50,012 bases of DNA, from assembly GCA_947584805.1 (NCBI GenBank), contig CANPWU010000006.1, positions 1-50,012 on the forward strand, read 5' to 3'. The translations under genes were made by a program, and so were the position numbers. Shown piece after piece: positions 1 to 10,880 of this stretch (its first letter is position 1; each line of letters starts with the position of its first letter). This DNA is from an uncultured Clostridia bacterium. Its GTDB lineage: Bacteria; Bacillota; Clostridia; TANB77; CAG-508. The notes under the pieces were generated by a model. It did not search any database. It saw only the letters and a program-made list of their open reading frames with translations, and was not told the origin of the DNA.

Positions 1-1
1 T

Positions 2-320
2 ACAGACTTTGGAGAATCAGACGAAGCAAAAGCATATGCAAGTATGATATTTGATAACAGTTCTAGTAACCTTCCAACGTATTGGCTGGCTTCCCGCTGT
101 GTGCAGCCTTACAACAGTAGTCTTTGCTACTTCGGCTTGCAGGCTGTGGGCTCGCGGTAGCGTGCACAACTACGCCTTGTACCGCTGCAACAGTGGTGCT
201 GCTCTCACTATTATCTCTGCGTATGCGGTTCGCCCCCTAGTTTCAATCCCTCTAACATCCTGTGAAATAAAAATACCAGAAGGAGGAGAAGGAGAGTATA
301 CAATCGCGGTCAAAAAATAA
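2..320 (+). CDS. 3' end of a surface protein with a C-type-lectin/DGR-target-like C-terminus (5' partial; one CGG +1 site at 155)
   Basis: Frame 2 reads TDFGESDEAKAYASMIFDNSSSNLPTYWLASRCV...FGLQAVGS, then CGG TAG. Skipping C155 joins the 51..320 ORF frame: G-SVHNYALY...YAVRPLVSI...VKK*. YWLASR...FG...VRP(L/V)VS resembles DGR target C-termini. Confidence 0.6.
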
Positions 321-497
321 AATATAAACTATAAGCCAGAATTCCGTGTTGATGATAAAATAGATGTAATTTGAAAAGTAGTTTGAGATAAGTAAATAAG
401 AGGTTGAGAAAATTATAAAAGAAAATATTAACTAAATGTTTATGAGATAATAAAAATGTATTAAAGCCTACATTTACTTGGAAACATACAATTAAAT

Positions 498-528
498 AAA
501 AAGAACAAGCTTAAGGCTTGTTTTTTTT
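498..528 (+). terminator. Probable intrinsic terminator upstream of gatC
   Basis: AAAAAGAACAAGC-TTAAG-GCTTGTTTTTTTT hairpin with T tract. Confidence 0.5.
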
Positions 529-576
529 GTATTTTCGGTATATAATAAAGAAATATTGATATAGGAGGGAAAGTTT

Positions 577-867
577 ATGAAAGTTACTAGAGAAGAATTA
601 CTCCATATTGCTAATTTAGCAGACTTAAAGATAAAGGAAGAAGAAATTGATAAATATTTATTAAATTTAACAGACATTTTAAATTTTGCAAACATTGTAA
701 ATGAAGCTCCAGTAGATGATTTAAAAGAAACAATTGCATCAAATTCAAATTATAATGTATTCAGAAAAGATGAGGTTATAGATTTTGAAGATAAGGAAGC
801 TTTACTTCAAAATGCACCAGAAGAAGAGATGCATATGTTTAAAATACCTAAAGTAATAAATCAATAA
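577..867 (+). CDS. gatC: Asp/Glu-tRNA amidotransferase subunit C
   Basis: [17 protein letters not shown]...NAPE...FKIPKVI; GGAGG RBS; first gene of gatCAB. Confidence 0.95.
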   Translation: MKVTREELLHIANLADLKIKEEEIDKYLLNLTDILNFANIVNEAPVDDLKETIASNSNYNVFRKDEVIDFEDKEALLQNAPEEEMHMFKIPKVINQ

Positions 868-884
868 GGAGGAAAATTTTTAAA

Positions 885-2364
885 ATGAATATTACCGAGT
901 TAACTGTACATGAGCTTAGAGAAAAATTAGATAAAAAAGAGCTTACATCTGAAGAGATTACAAAAGCTTATGTAGATAGAATAAATGATAAAGAAAAAGA
1001 TATTAATGCATTTGTTACAACAACGTTAGACGAGGCGTTAAATAAGGCAAAAGAAATTGATAAAGAAAAAAATTCAGAAAAATTAGAAAATAGTTATGCA
1101 GGAATCCCACTTGGAATAAAAGACAATATGTGTACAAAAGGCGTAAAGACAACATGCTCTTCTAGAATGCTAGAGAACTTTATAGCACCATATGATGCGA
1201 CTGTTGTAAATAAATTAGTGAATGAAGAAAACCTTATATCACTTGGAAAACTTAACATGGATGAATTTGCTATGGGAAGTTCAACAGAGACATCATATTT
1301 CAAAAAGACAAAAAATCCATGGGATTTATCTAGAGTACCAGGAGGGTCTTCAGGAGGATCTGCGGCAGCTGTTGCAGCTAATATGGTACCATGGGCATTA
1401 GGTTCAGATACAGGTGGAAGTATACGTCAGCCAGCTTCACTTTGCGGAGTTGTTGGATTAAAACCTACTTATGGATTAGTTTCAAGATATGGATTAGTTG
1501 CTTTTGCTTCTTCACTTGATCAAATTGGACCAATTACAAAAGATGTAGAAGATAGTGCGATACTTCTATCACTTATTGCAGGACATGATGAAAAGGATTC
1601 TACATCTGCAAATGTTCCTAAAAAAGATTATACAAAAAATCTTAAAAAAGATATAAAAGGCTTGAAAATAGGAGTTCCAAAAGAATTCTTTGGTGATGGA
1701 ATTAATAAAGATGTAAAAGAAGCTTTAGAAAAAGCAATAGAAGTATATAAAGAACTTGGAGCAGAAATAGGTGAAATTTCAATAGATGTTGCAGAATATG
1801 CCTTAGCTACTTATTATATAATCGCATGTGCAGAAGCAAGCTCAAACCTTGGAAGATTTGATGGAATAAGATATGGACATAGAGCAAAAGATTTTGAAAA
1901 CTTGAAAGATCTTTACAAAAATTCTAGAAGTGAAGGCTTTGGAGCAGAGGTAAAGAGAAGAATAATACTTGGAACTTACGTATTAAGTGCAGGATATTAT
2001 GATGCATATTATAAAAAAGCTCAAAAAGTAAGAACTTTAGTACAAAATGAATTTTCAAGAGGATTTGAAAGATATGATGTCCTTTTAACTCCAACTTCAC
2101 CAATTACTGCATTCAAATTTGGAGAAAAGACAGAAAATCCGTTAGAAATGTACTTATCAGATATATGTACAGTTTCTGTAAATATTGCAGGACTTCCTCG
2201 GAATATCTCTTCCTTGCGGAGTAGATAGAAACGGAATGCCAATCGGTATGCAACTTATTGGTAACCACTTTGAAGAAGAAAAAATATTAAATGCAGCATA
2301 TTGTTTTGAACAAAAAGTAAAGTTTAGAGAAAATTATAAACCTACATTTAAAGGAGGCAACTAA
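885..2364 (+). CDS. gatA: Asp/Glu-tRNA amidotransferase subunit A (one CGG +1 site at 2199)
   Basis: Amidase signature [12 protein letters not shown] and [12 protein letters not shown]. Skipping C2199 gives NIAGLP-G-ISLPCG...[10 protein letters not shown], ending at TAA 2362-2364 just before the gatB ATG. Confidence 0.93.
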
Positions 2365-2365
2365 T

Positions 2366-3808
2366 ATGGCAAGAGAAGATTATGAAGTTGTTATAGGACT
2401 TGAAGTTCATGCAGAGTTATCTACAAAGACAAAAATATTTTGTTCATGTTCTACAGAATTTGGAGGAGAGCCAAATACTCATTGCTGTCCTGTATGTATG
2501 GGAATGCCTGGAGCTTTACCTGTTTTAAATGAAAAGGTTGTAGAATATGCTGTAAAAGCAGGACTTGCAACAAATTGTGAAATATCAAGAGATAGCAAAA
2601 ATGATAGAAAAAATTATTTTTACCCAGATACTCCAAAAGCATATCAGATATCACAATTTGATAAACCTCTTTGTGAAAGAGGATATGTAGAAATAGAAAC
2701 TGAAAATGGTAAGAAAAAGATTGGACTTACTAGAATTCATATAGAAGACGACGCAGGAAAACTAAATCATGATGATTATGGAAGAGGAAGCTTAGTTGAT
2801 TTAAATAGAGCAGGAGTTCCACTAATTGAAATAGTTTCTGAGCCAGATCTTCGTTCTGCTGACGAAACAGATAAATATTTAAAAAAATTAAAATCAATAC
2901 TTGAATATATTGAAGTTTCAGACTGCAAAATGCAAGAAGGTTCTTTAAGAGCAGACGTAAATGTTTCTGTTAGAAAAAAAGGCGAAGAAAAGTTAGGAAC
3001 AAGAACAGAAATGAAAAATATGAACTCTTTTAAATCTATTACAAGAGCAATTGAATATGAAGTAGAAAGACAAATAGATGTAATAGAAAAAGGAGGAAAA
3101 ATAGAGCAAGAAACTTTAAGATGGGATGAAGTATCAGGAAAGACATTCTCAATGAGAGACAAAGAGGATGCACAAGATTATAGATATTTCCCTGAGCCAG
3201 ATTTAGTTGCAATTAGATTATCTGATGAATATATCGAAAATATAAGAAAGAATTTACCAGAGTTACCTGAAAGCAGGAAAGCTAGATATTTAGAAGAATA
3301 TAATCTTACAGAAAAAGAGGCAAGAACAATTACTGCATCAAAATATTTATCAGAATTTTTTGAGAAAGCATCAAAAATTTCTGGAAATCCAAAAGCAGTT
3401 TGCAATTGGCTTTTGTCAGATGTTGCAAGAATTCTAAATGAAAATGAAGAAGAGCCAGAAGCTATACCTTTTTTACCTGAAGATTTAGCAGAACTTGTTA
3501 TGCTTATAGAAAAAGGAACAATAAGTTCAAAAATTGCAAAAGACGTACTTGAAAAAATGTTTGAAAATCCAGGAAAGAAGCCAAGCAAAATAATAGAAGA
3601 AAATGGATGGGTTCAAATTTCTGATGAAGGTGCAATAAAAGAAATAGTAGATAAGATAGTTGCGAATAATCCACAATCTATTATTGATTATAAAGCAGGA
3701 AAAGATAAAGCATTAGGATTTTTAATAGGACTTGCAATGAAAGAGACAAAAGGAAAAGCAAATCCACAAATGCTAAATAAGATGTTTTTAGATGCAATGA
3801 AAGATTAA
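2366..3808 (+). CDS. gatB: Asp/Glu-tRNA amidotransferase subunit B
   Basis: VIGLEVHAEL, RKNYFYPD, DLNRAGVPLIEIVSEP, DYRYFPEPDL motifs; uninterrupted. Confidence 0.97.
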   Translation: MAREDYEVVIGLEVHAELSTKTKIFCSCSTEFGGEPNTHCCPVCMGMPGALPVLNEKVVEYAVKAGLATNCEISRDSKNDRKNYFYPDTPKAYQISQFDKPLCERGYVEIETENGKKKIGLTRIHIEDDAGKLNHDDYGRGSLVDLNRAGVPLIEIVSEPDLRSADETDKYLKKLKSILEYIEVSDCKMQEGSLRADVNVSVRKKGEEKLGTRTEMKNMNSFKSITRAIEYEVERQIDVIEKGGKIEQETLRWDEVSGKTFSMRDKEDAQDYRYFPEPDLVAIRLSDEYIENIRKNLPELPESRKARYLEEYNLTEKEARTITASKYLSEFFEKASKISGNPKAVCNWLLSDVARILNENEEEPEAIPFLPEDLAELVMLIEKGTISSKIAKDVLEKMFENPGKKPSKIIEENGWVQISDEGAIKEIVDKIVANNPQSIIDYKAGKDKALGFLIGLAMKETKGKANPQMLNKMFLDAMKD

Positions 3809-3829
3809 ATTCTTTATAGTTGATAATTT

Positions 3830-3924
3830 GCCAAAGTCCTATATATTAATATTTATTGTCAAACCATATTCTGGGTCTCTCAATCGGGTCTTGACTGCTA
3901 AATATTAATATATAGGACTTTGGC
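3830..3924. repeat. Long hairpin with perfect 26-bp inverted repeat after gatB
   Basis: GCCAAAGTCCTATATATTAATATTTA (3830-3855) and its exact reverse complement (3899-3924). Confidence 0.8.
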
Positions 3925-3936
3925 CATAAATAAATA

Positions 3937-4337
3937 ATGAATATTCTAAAGAAAACCGCGCATACTAATAAAATGAAAATAGATTTGCTAAAAAAAATAT
4001 TAATTGGAATTATAGCTGGAATGGTCACCGGACTTTTTGGTTCTGGTGGGGGTATGATACTCGTTCCAGCTTTTACTTATATCTTAAACCTTGGAGAAAA
4101 GGAAGCAAGAGCAACATCTGTATTTTGCATACTTCCATTAGTTGCAGTTAGCTCTATATTTTATTTTAATTCTTCATATATAGAGCTTAAAACAGCAATA
4201 TTATGCGCTATTCGGAGGTACAATCCGGAGGATTCTTTGGTGCAAAGCTTCTCAAGAAATTATCAGATAAAATTTTAAAATTATTTTTTATAGCTTTTCT
4301 AATTTATGTGAGTATTAGGTTAATAATGGGAAATTGA
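3937..4337 (+). CDS. TauE/SafE (sulfite exporter) family membrane protein (CGG +1 sites at 4213 and 4226)
   Basis: GIIAGMVTGLFGSGGGMILVP motif; recoded C-terminus LCAI-G-GTI-G-GFFGAKLLKKLSDKILKLFFIAFLIYVSIRLIMGN*; start could be 3973. Confidence 0.8.
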
Positions 4338-4346
4338 TAAAATACA

Positions 4347-4567
4347 TTACAAGATAATGGTTTTAATATAAAGGCTGTTGTAAAGCCGTTTGAAAGTAAT
4401 ATATTTAATTTACGAAGTGACGCGTAGCATGGAAGCGACTTAGAGGCTGTTAAAGCGAAGCTTTATACAGTCCTCTTAGGAGACGACCAACAAGGAACGA
4501 GTCAAATTAAATATATTACTTTCAAAGGTAGGCTTATAATATCTTAAATAAAACCATTATCTTGTAA
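4347..4567. repeat. Nested palindromic intergenic element (~220 bp)
   Basis: Outer IR TTACAAGATAATGGTTTTA/TAAAACCATTATCTTGTAA; inner IR TTTGAAAGTAATATATTTAATTT/AAATTAAATATATTACTTTCAAA; GC-richer core with a GCGAAGC-capped stem. Confidence 0.75.
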
Positions 4568-4602
4568 CAAAATTACTGAACTATTAAAGAAAGGTAAAAA
4601 AT

Positions 4603-4970
4603 ATGATAAATGTTTTAGTACGGAATAATTTCAGGACTTGTTTCTGGTATGGGAATGGGTGGAGGAACTATACTTATATTATGCCTTTCCTTGTTTTTAG
4701 GGAAAGACCAACATATTGCACAGGGCACTAATCTTATATTTTTTGTACCAACCTCAATTATTTCAATTATAACTAACTTAAAAGAAAAATTAGTAAAATG
4801 GAAAATAGGACTAGTTGTAATAGCTTCCGGAATTATAGGAGCAATAGTTCGGAGCAAAAATATCAGTAAGTTTAGATACAAAAGTTCTAAAAATGTATTT
4901 TGGAATATTTTTACTAATTATTGCAGGAGTAGAAATTTTAACATTTTTTAAAAAAGAAAAATCAAAATAG
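4603..4970 (+). CDS. TauE/SafE family membrane protein, second half-size copy (CGG +1 sites at 4621 and 4850)
   Basis: AAGG RBS; MINVLV-G-IISGLVSGMGMGGGTILI...GIIGAIV-G-AKISVSLDTKVLKMYFGIFLLIIAGVEILTFFKKEKSK*. Confidence 0.8.
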
Positions 4971-5047
4971 TATAGATTTGATTTAAAGAAGCAATAATAA
5001 CTATATATAGAGTAAAAATAGATAAAGAAAGGATAGGTAAAAAAGCT

Positions 5048-5188
5048 ATGAAATTTGTAAAAGGTATGATGATTGGTGTTATGGCAACAGCAGGAATTGC
5101 TATGATGTACATGGATAGTACAAATAGAACAAAAAGAACAATAATGAAAAAAGGTAAACAAATGGCTAAAAAAATGGGAATAATGTAA
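5048..5188 (+). CDS. Small 46-aa protein, YtxH-like N-terminus
   Basis: MKFVKGMMIGVMATAGIAMMYMDSTNRTKRTIMKKGKQMAKKMGIM*; purine-rich RBS; below the ORF-track size cutoff. Confidence 0.65.
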   Translation: MKFVKGMMIGVMATAGIAMMYMDSTNRTKRTIMKKGKQMAKKMGIM

Positions 5189-5275
5189 TCACATAATGAA
5201 TTTTTGTATCATAGACTAATGTATGAAAGCACAAAACTAAGAAAAATTTGCGCTTTAGGAAGGAATTTAATCAAA

Positions 5276-5630
5276 ATGTTAGATTATATACTTAATGCAT
5301 TAGTCTATGTACTTGCAATATATGGATTAATTGAAATTATTAAAACAATTTTTTACATAATGGAATATACAAATTTAAGCGAAGACCGGTATATACATAA
5401 TAATAGGGGCTAAAAATCAAGAAAAAGTTGTTGATGGGGCTTTACACTCGATTTTATTTAAAATAATGTATGGCAAAGAAGATATAATAAAGAAAGTAAT
5501 ACTCACAGATTTAGATTCGAAAGATAATACATTAAAAAAATTAAAACAATTCAAAAAAGAAAATAAATATGTAAAAGTTTCAACTTGGAAAGAATGCAAA
5601 GAGATAATAGATGTAATTGATGATGTATGA
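5276..5630 (+). CDS. Hypothetical protein with N-terminal TM helix (CGG +1 site at 5387)
   Basis: MLDYILNALVYVLAIYGLIEII...NLSED-G-IYIIIGAKNQEKVVDG...LTDLDSKDNT...IDDV*; skipping C5387 opens 80 further codons. Confidence 0.7.
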
Positions 5631-5645
5631 AATCCCAACATTATG

Positions 5646-5674
5646 TTGACAGAGCTTAAAAAATGATGTATAAT
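5646..5674 (+). promoter_or_regulatory. Consensus sigma-A promoter
   Basis: TTGACA-17 nt-TATAAT, perfect match. Confidence 0.8.
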
Positions 5675-5709
5675 ACACTCATAATCTATTTTAAAGGAGG
5701 GAAAAATCT

Positions 5710-5956
5710 ATGCGATGTCGTCATAACTATTTCAAAAATACTTAATGACGATCCGCCGCCGGCCCGGCATATCGGGCCCAATAGGCGCCATCCTTGGTAG
5801 CCTATAAATAAGATCCAAACGGAATAAGGAGGTACCATGAAACGGTATACATCAGGATTTCTCTAGCACTCTAAAATAAAAAACAAAACATCATCTGCGG
5901 CCACCTTGCCGCCAAAAGGAGAGAAAATCATGCGACGCACATCAGGATTCACCTAG
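5710..5956 (+). other. Three mini-ORFs with strong RBSs (5710-5745, 5837-5866, 5930-5956)
   Basis: AAGGAGG..ATG CGA TGT CGT (MRCRHNYFKNT*); AAGGAGG..ATG AAA CGG (MKRYTSGFL*); AAGGAG..ATG CGA CGC (MRRTSGFT*). ORFs 2 and 3 share ACATCAGGATT..CTAGCAC. Confidence 0.45.
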
Positions 5957-6080
5957 CACCTTCACACTTTTGTAGTAATTTCTACAATGAAATTACAAAA
6001 TGTGTAATTCCAAGGCCAAAAAAGTCGTCAAAATAGTCGACTTGGTGCCACGCATAGCAAAAACTGATTTCCCAAGCAAT

Positions 6081-6111
6081 GGGGAGGCAAATGCCTCCCC
6101 TGATTTTTTTT
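6081..6111 (+). terminator. Intrinsic terminator
   Basis: GGGGAGGCA-AA-TGCCTCCCC followed by a T run. Confidence 0.8.
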
Positions 6112-6234
6112 GCTTTTAATACTTAAAACAAATTATCAAAATTTATTGATATAAAATTCCAATTGTGTTAAAATAATTATGCAAAAGGATAGAAGATAAA
6201 AATTTATTATTTTTATAATCGGAGGACATGCAAT

Positions 6235-8936
6235 ATGAATTATTTTAATAAAGAAGTAGAAGAAGTAGAAAAGGAATTTGAAACCGATAAAATTAATCGG
6301 ATTAAAGAATGAAGAAATAGATAAAAAACGTGAAAAATATGGATTTAATGAATTAAAAGAAAAGAAAAAAACAAGTCTTTTAGTAAAATTCTTAAATGAA
6401 TTCAAAGACTTTATGATAATCGTTTTAATAATTGCAGCAATAGTATCTGGAATAATTGGAATAAAAGAAGGAGAAGGAATAACAGATTCTATAATAATAC
6501 TTATAGTTGTTATAATGAATGCAATTATTGGAGTTGTTCAAGAAAACAAAGCAGAAAAATCACTTGAAGCTTTACAAAAAATGAGTGCACATGTATGCAA
6601 GGTTACAAGAAATGGAAAACTTTTAGTAATACCTGCAAGAGAGCTTGTGCCAGGTGACCTTGTTACATTAGAGACAGGAGATTATGTGCCAGCAGATTTA
6701 AGACTTACAGAAGCAGTAAATTTAAAAATACAAGAATCAGCACTTACACGGAGAATCAGTACCAAGTGAGAAAAATACAGAAAAAATTGAAAATGAAGAA
6801 ACAGGAATTGGAGATAGAAAAAATATGGCATTTTCTTCTAGCATGGTAACATATGGTAGAGGAAAAGGAATAGTAGTTGGAACTGGTATGCAGACAGAAG
6901 TTGGAAAAATCGCAGATATGTTAAATCAAGTAGAAGAAGGAGAAACACCACTTCAGCAAAAGCTAAACTCTTTAGGAAAAACTCTTGGAATTGCTTGTAT
7001 AGTAATATGCATCGTAATTTTTCTAATTGGAATTGCTTATGGTAAAAATGCTATTGATATGTTTATGACAGCTGTTAGTCTCGCAGTTGCAGCAATTCCA
7101 GAAGGACTTGCTGCTGTGTCTACAATAGTTCTTGCAATAGGTATGCAAAGAATGGCAAAGAAAAATGCTATTGTTAAAAAGCTTCCAGCAGTAGAAACAT
7201 TAGGAAGTAGCTCTGTAATCTGTTCAGATAAGACAGGAACATTGACACAAAATAAAATGACAGTAAAAAAATTATTCTTTAATTCAGAAATTTATGAAAT
7301 GGAAAAAGAAGTTCCAAAGTCTGAATTACTTGAAAAATTAGTTTATGCAAATATGCTTTGTAACGATACAAAAATAACTGAAAATGGAGAATTAGCAGGA
7401 GACCCAACTGAAACAGCTTTAACAGATATGGGATTTAAGCTAGGATATGAAAAAAGCGTTTTAGAAGTAAATCCAAGAGAAAAAGAAATACCTTTTGATT
7501 CTGAAAGAAAATTAATGACAACTGTAAATAAAGTTGGGGATAAATATTTTGTTTATACAAAAGGCGGAGTAGATGAATTACTTGCAAGATGTGTAAATTA
7601 TGAAACATTAGATGGAATAAAAACAGATTTAGAAGAATACAAGAAAGTAATTACTGAAAGAAATGAAGAAATGGCAAAAGAAGCTTTAAGAGTACTTGCA
7701 TGCGGATATAAAATAATTGACAAAATTCCAACAGATGAAGAAATGAAACAAATGGAAAGTGGCTTAACATTTATTGGAATGTGTGGAATGATAGACCCAC
7801 CAAGAATGGAAGTAAAGGCAGCAATAGATAAATGTAAAAGCGCAGGAATTAAAACTGTAATGATTACAGGAGACCATAAGGCAACAGCTGTTGCAATTGC
7901 AAAAGAGCTTGGAATATTAGAAAGTGATGAAGAAGCTTTATCTGGTGCAGAACTAGAAAAAATGTCACAAGAAGAACTTACAAAAAATATTAGAAAATAT
8001 AGTGTATATGCAAGGGTTTCTCCTGAACACAAAGTTAGAATTGTTAATGCTTGGAAAGACAATGGAGAAATAGTGGCAATGACAGGTGACGGAGTTAACG
8101 ATGCGCCAGCTCTTAAGACTGCTGATATTGGATGTGCAATGGGAAAAGTAGGAACAGATGTTGCAAAAGAAGCAGCAGATGTTATATTAACTGATGATAA
8201 TTTTGCAACAATTGTTACTGCTGTTGAAGAAGGAAGAAGAATATATGATAATATATTAAAGGTAATACAATTTTTACTTTCAAGTAATATTGGAGAAGTA
8301 GTTGTACTATTTTTAGCAGTAATGCTTACACCTTTATTTGCAAGTCTTTATGGTATTTCTAATGTATCAGCAATTACTCCACTTCTTGCAATTCATATTC
8401 TATGGATAAACTTGGTTACAGACTCACTTCCAGCATTAGCACTTGCAGTTGATCCAGCTGAAAAAAATATAATGAGAAGACATCCAAGAAAAAATTCAAA
8501 AGGAATTTTTACAAAAGGAATGGTTTATAGAATAATTTATCAAGGAATTCTAATTGGACTATTAACATTATTTGCATTTATGGTAGGATTAAATAGTACA
8601 AAAGGAATGGAAGACTTAGAAAGAATAAAAATTGCACAAACGATGGCGTTTACTGTTCTTGCACTTTCAGAACTTGTACATGTATTTAACGTTAGAAACA
8701 ATAAAGAATCAATATTTAAAACAGGAATATTTAATAATACAAAATTATTACTTGCAATTGGCGTATCGTGTGCATTAGTTTTGGTAATACTAATTGTACC
8801 AGCTTTAAGAGATATATTTAGTATAGCAAAATTACCAATTGAAAACATATTTGAAGTAATTGTTTTAGTACTTTTACCTTTGGTAGTTGTAGAAATATTA
8901 AAGTTGTTTAAAATAAATACATTTAAAAACGAATAA
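6235..8936 (+). CDS. Ca2+-translocating type II P-type ATPase (CGG +1 sites at 6298 and 6749)
   Basis: GGAGG RBS; MNYFNKEVEEV...KIN-G-LKNEEIDKKREKYGFNEL; ESALT-G-ESVP restores the TGES motif; PEGL, CSDKTGTLT and TGDGVNDAPAL present. Confidence 0.92.
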
Positions 8937-8950
8937 ACGAGGGATATAAA

Positions 8951-9889
8951 GTGAAAGATAAAGAAGAAAAAATAGCAGAAAATTTTAAATTAATACCAGT
9001 AAAAGATCATAAAATGATTAATAGAATTCTTGTAATTGTAACAATTGCGATTGTAGTAATTGTTACATCTTCTATTGCAGGAATATTTGTTGCAAGTAAT
9101 ATGAGAAAAAAAGAAGAAGAACAAATAGCAAAAAAACAAGATGAAACTGTTCAAGGGGAAAATCAGCAAGGACAAAATGCAGACCAAGATAATCAAGTAG
9201 AAGAAAATAAACCAAGGCTTCCAGTATATTCAGAAGAAGCAAAACAAAACTTTAAGAATATATATGTGTCAAACAATGATGAAAAAGTTGCGTACCTTAC
9301 ATTTGATGATGGTCCATCAAAACAAATAACACCTCAAATATTAGAAATATTAAAAAATGAGAATATAAAAGCTAGCTTCTTTGTTTTAGGAAATAGAGTA
9401 GCAACATATCCAAACCTTGTAAAGCAAGAATATGAAGAAGGACATTATATAGCAAATCATGGATATTCTCATGAATATGGCAATGTTTATGCGTCTAGTC
9501 AAGCTGTTTTAAATGAATATAATATTACAGAAAATAAAATTAGGGAAGCAATAGGAGTCCCTGAATATTCAAGCCACATATTTAGATTCCCAGGTGGAAG
9601 TGAAGGTGGAAAATATGCAAAAATTAAAAATGAAGCAAAGAGTGTACTTGAACAAAATGATGTGTTATATATAAATTGGAATGCCTTAACAAATGATGCA
9701 GTTGGAAAACCTACACATGAAAGTTTAGTTCAAGATTTAAAAACTACTTCTAATGGAAAAAACAAAATAGTAGTTTTAATGCATGATACAGGATCAAAAC
9801 AGCTCACAGCAGATACACTTCCAGAAGTAATTAGCTATTTAAGAGAACAAGGTTATATTTTTAAAAATTTTTATGATATAATGAAATAA
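8951..9889 (+). CDS. Membrane-anchored polysaccharide deacetylase (NodB/CE4)
   Basis: YLTFDDGPS, IANHGYSH, FRFPGG and VVLMHD motifs; N-terminal TM helix. Confidence 0.92.
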   Translation: MKDKEEKIAENFKLIPVKDHKMINRILVIVTIAIVVIVTSSIAGIFVASNMRKKEEEQIAKKQDETVQGENQQGQNADQDNQVEENKPRLPVYSEEAKQNFKNIYVSNNDEKVAYLTFDDGPSKQITPQILEILKNENIKASFFVLGNRVATYPNLVKQEYEEGHYIANHGYSHEYGNVYASSQAVLNEYNITENKIREAIGVPEYSSHIFRFPGGSEGGKYAKIKNEAKSVLEQNDVLYINWNALTNDAVGKPTHESLVQDLKTTSNGKNKIVVLMHDTGSKQLTADTLPEVISYLREQGYIFKNFYDIMK

Positions 9890-9912
9890 ATTAATTTAAG
9901 GAGGAATAAAAC

Positions 9913-10843
9913 ATGGGATTAGTTACTACAAAGGAAATGTTTGAAAAATCAATGAAGGATCATTTTGCAGTAGGAGCATTTAATATAAATAATATGGAAT
10001 TCATACAAGCAATTGTTGATGCAGCAAAGGATGAAAATTCTCCAGTAATACTTCAAGCATCTTCTAGTGCAATAAAATATGCAAGAATAAATTATTTGAT
10101 GAAGATGGTAGAAGCTGCAGTTGAAGAATCTAATATTCCAATTGCTTTGCATTTAGATCATGGACCAGATTTTGAAACTTGCAAAATGTGTATAGATGCA
10201 GGTTTTACTTCTGTAATGATAGATGGTTCAAAATATGATTTTGAGGAAAATATAGCTTTAACAAAAAAAGTTGTAGATTATGCTCATGAAAGAGGAGTAG
10301 TTGTTGAAGCTGAACTTGGAAAATTAGCTGGAATAGAAGATGAAGTTAATGTTTCTGCAAGTGATGCAATGTTTACAGATCCAAATCAGGCAAAAGAATT
10401 TGTAGAAAAAACAGGATGTGATTCGCTTGCAATAGCAATTCGGAACAAGCCATGGAGCGTATAAGTTTAAAGGTGAAGCAAAATTAAGATTTGACATTTT
10501 AGAAAAAGTAAAGGAAAAATTACCAAATACTCCAATTGTATTACATGGAGCTTCAACAGTAATACCAGAGCTTGTAGAAACTTGTAATAAATATGGTGGA
10601 AATATTCCTGGAGCAAAAGGTGTTCCAGATGAAATGTTACATGAGGCAAGTTTAAGAGGAGTATCAAAGATAAATGTTGACACAGATTTAAGACTTGCAA
10701 TGACATCAGAAATAAGAAAAGTTCTTGCAGAAGAACCAGATGTATTTGACCCAAGAAAATATTTGACACCTGCAAGAGATAAGGTAAAAGAAGTTGTAAG
10801 ACATAAAATAAGAGATGTATTTTGTTCAAGTAATAAAGCTTAA
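9913..10843 (+). CDS. fba: Class II fructose-1,6-bisphosphate aldolase (CGG +1 site at 10441)
   Basis: ALHLDHG, SVMIDGS, VEAELG; LAIAI-G-TSHGAYK restored by skipping C10441; VLHGAS and KINVDTD follow in the new frame. Confidence 0.94.
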
Positions 10844-10880
10844 GGAAATGGAATTTAGTAAAAATTAATAAGAATCATAT

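Noticed and set aside
5710-5807. Extending the skip rule to CGA (would turn mini-ORF1 into MDVVITISKILNDDPPPAGISGPIGAILGSL)
   Set aside because: No conserved gene in the window shows a frame break at CGA, so there is no independent support.
5680-6111. tmRNA, RNase P RNA, tRNA or T-box in the GC-rich intergenic unit
   Set aside because: I could not find tRNA-like ends, a tag ORF ending in Ala-Ala, the RNase P signature or a T-box sequence by eye.
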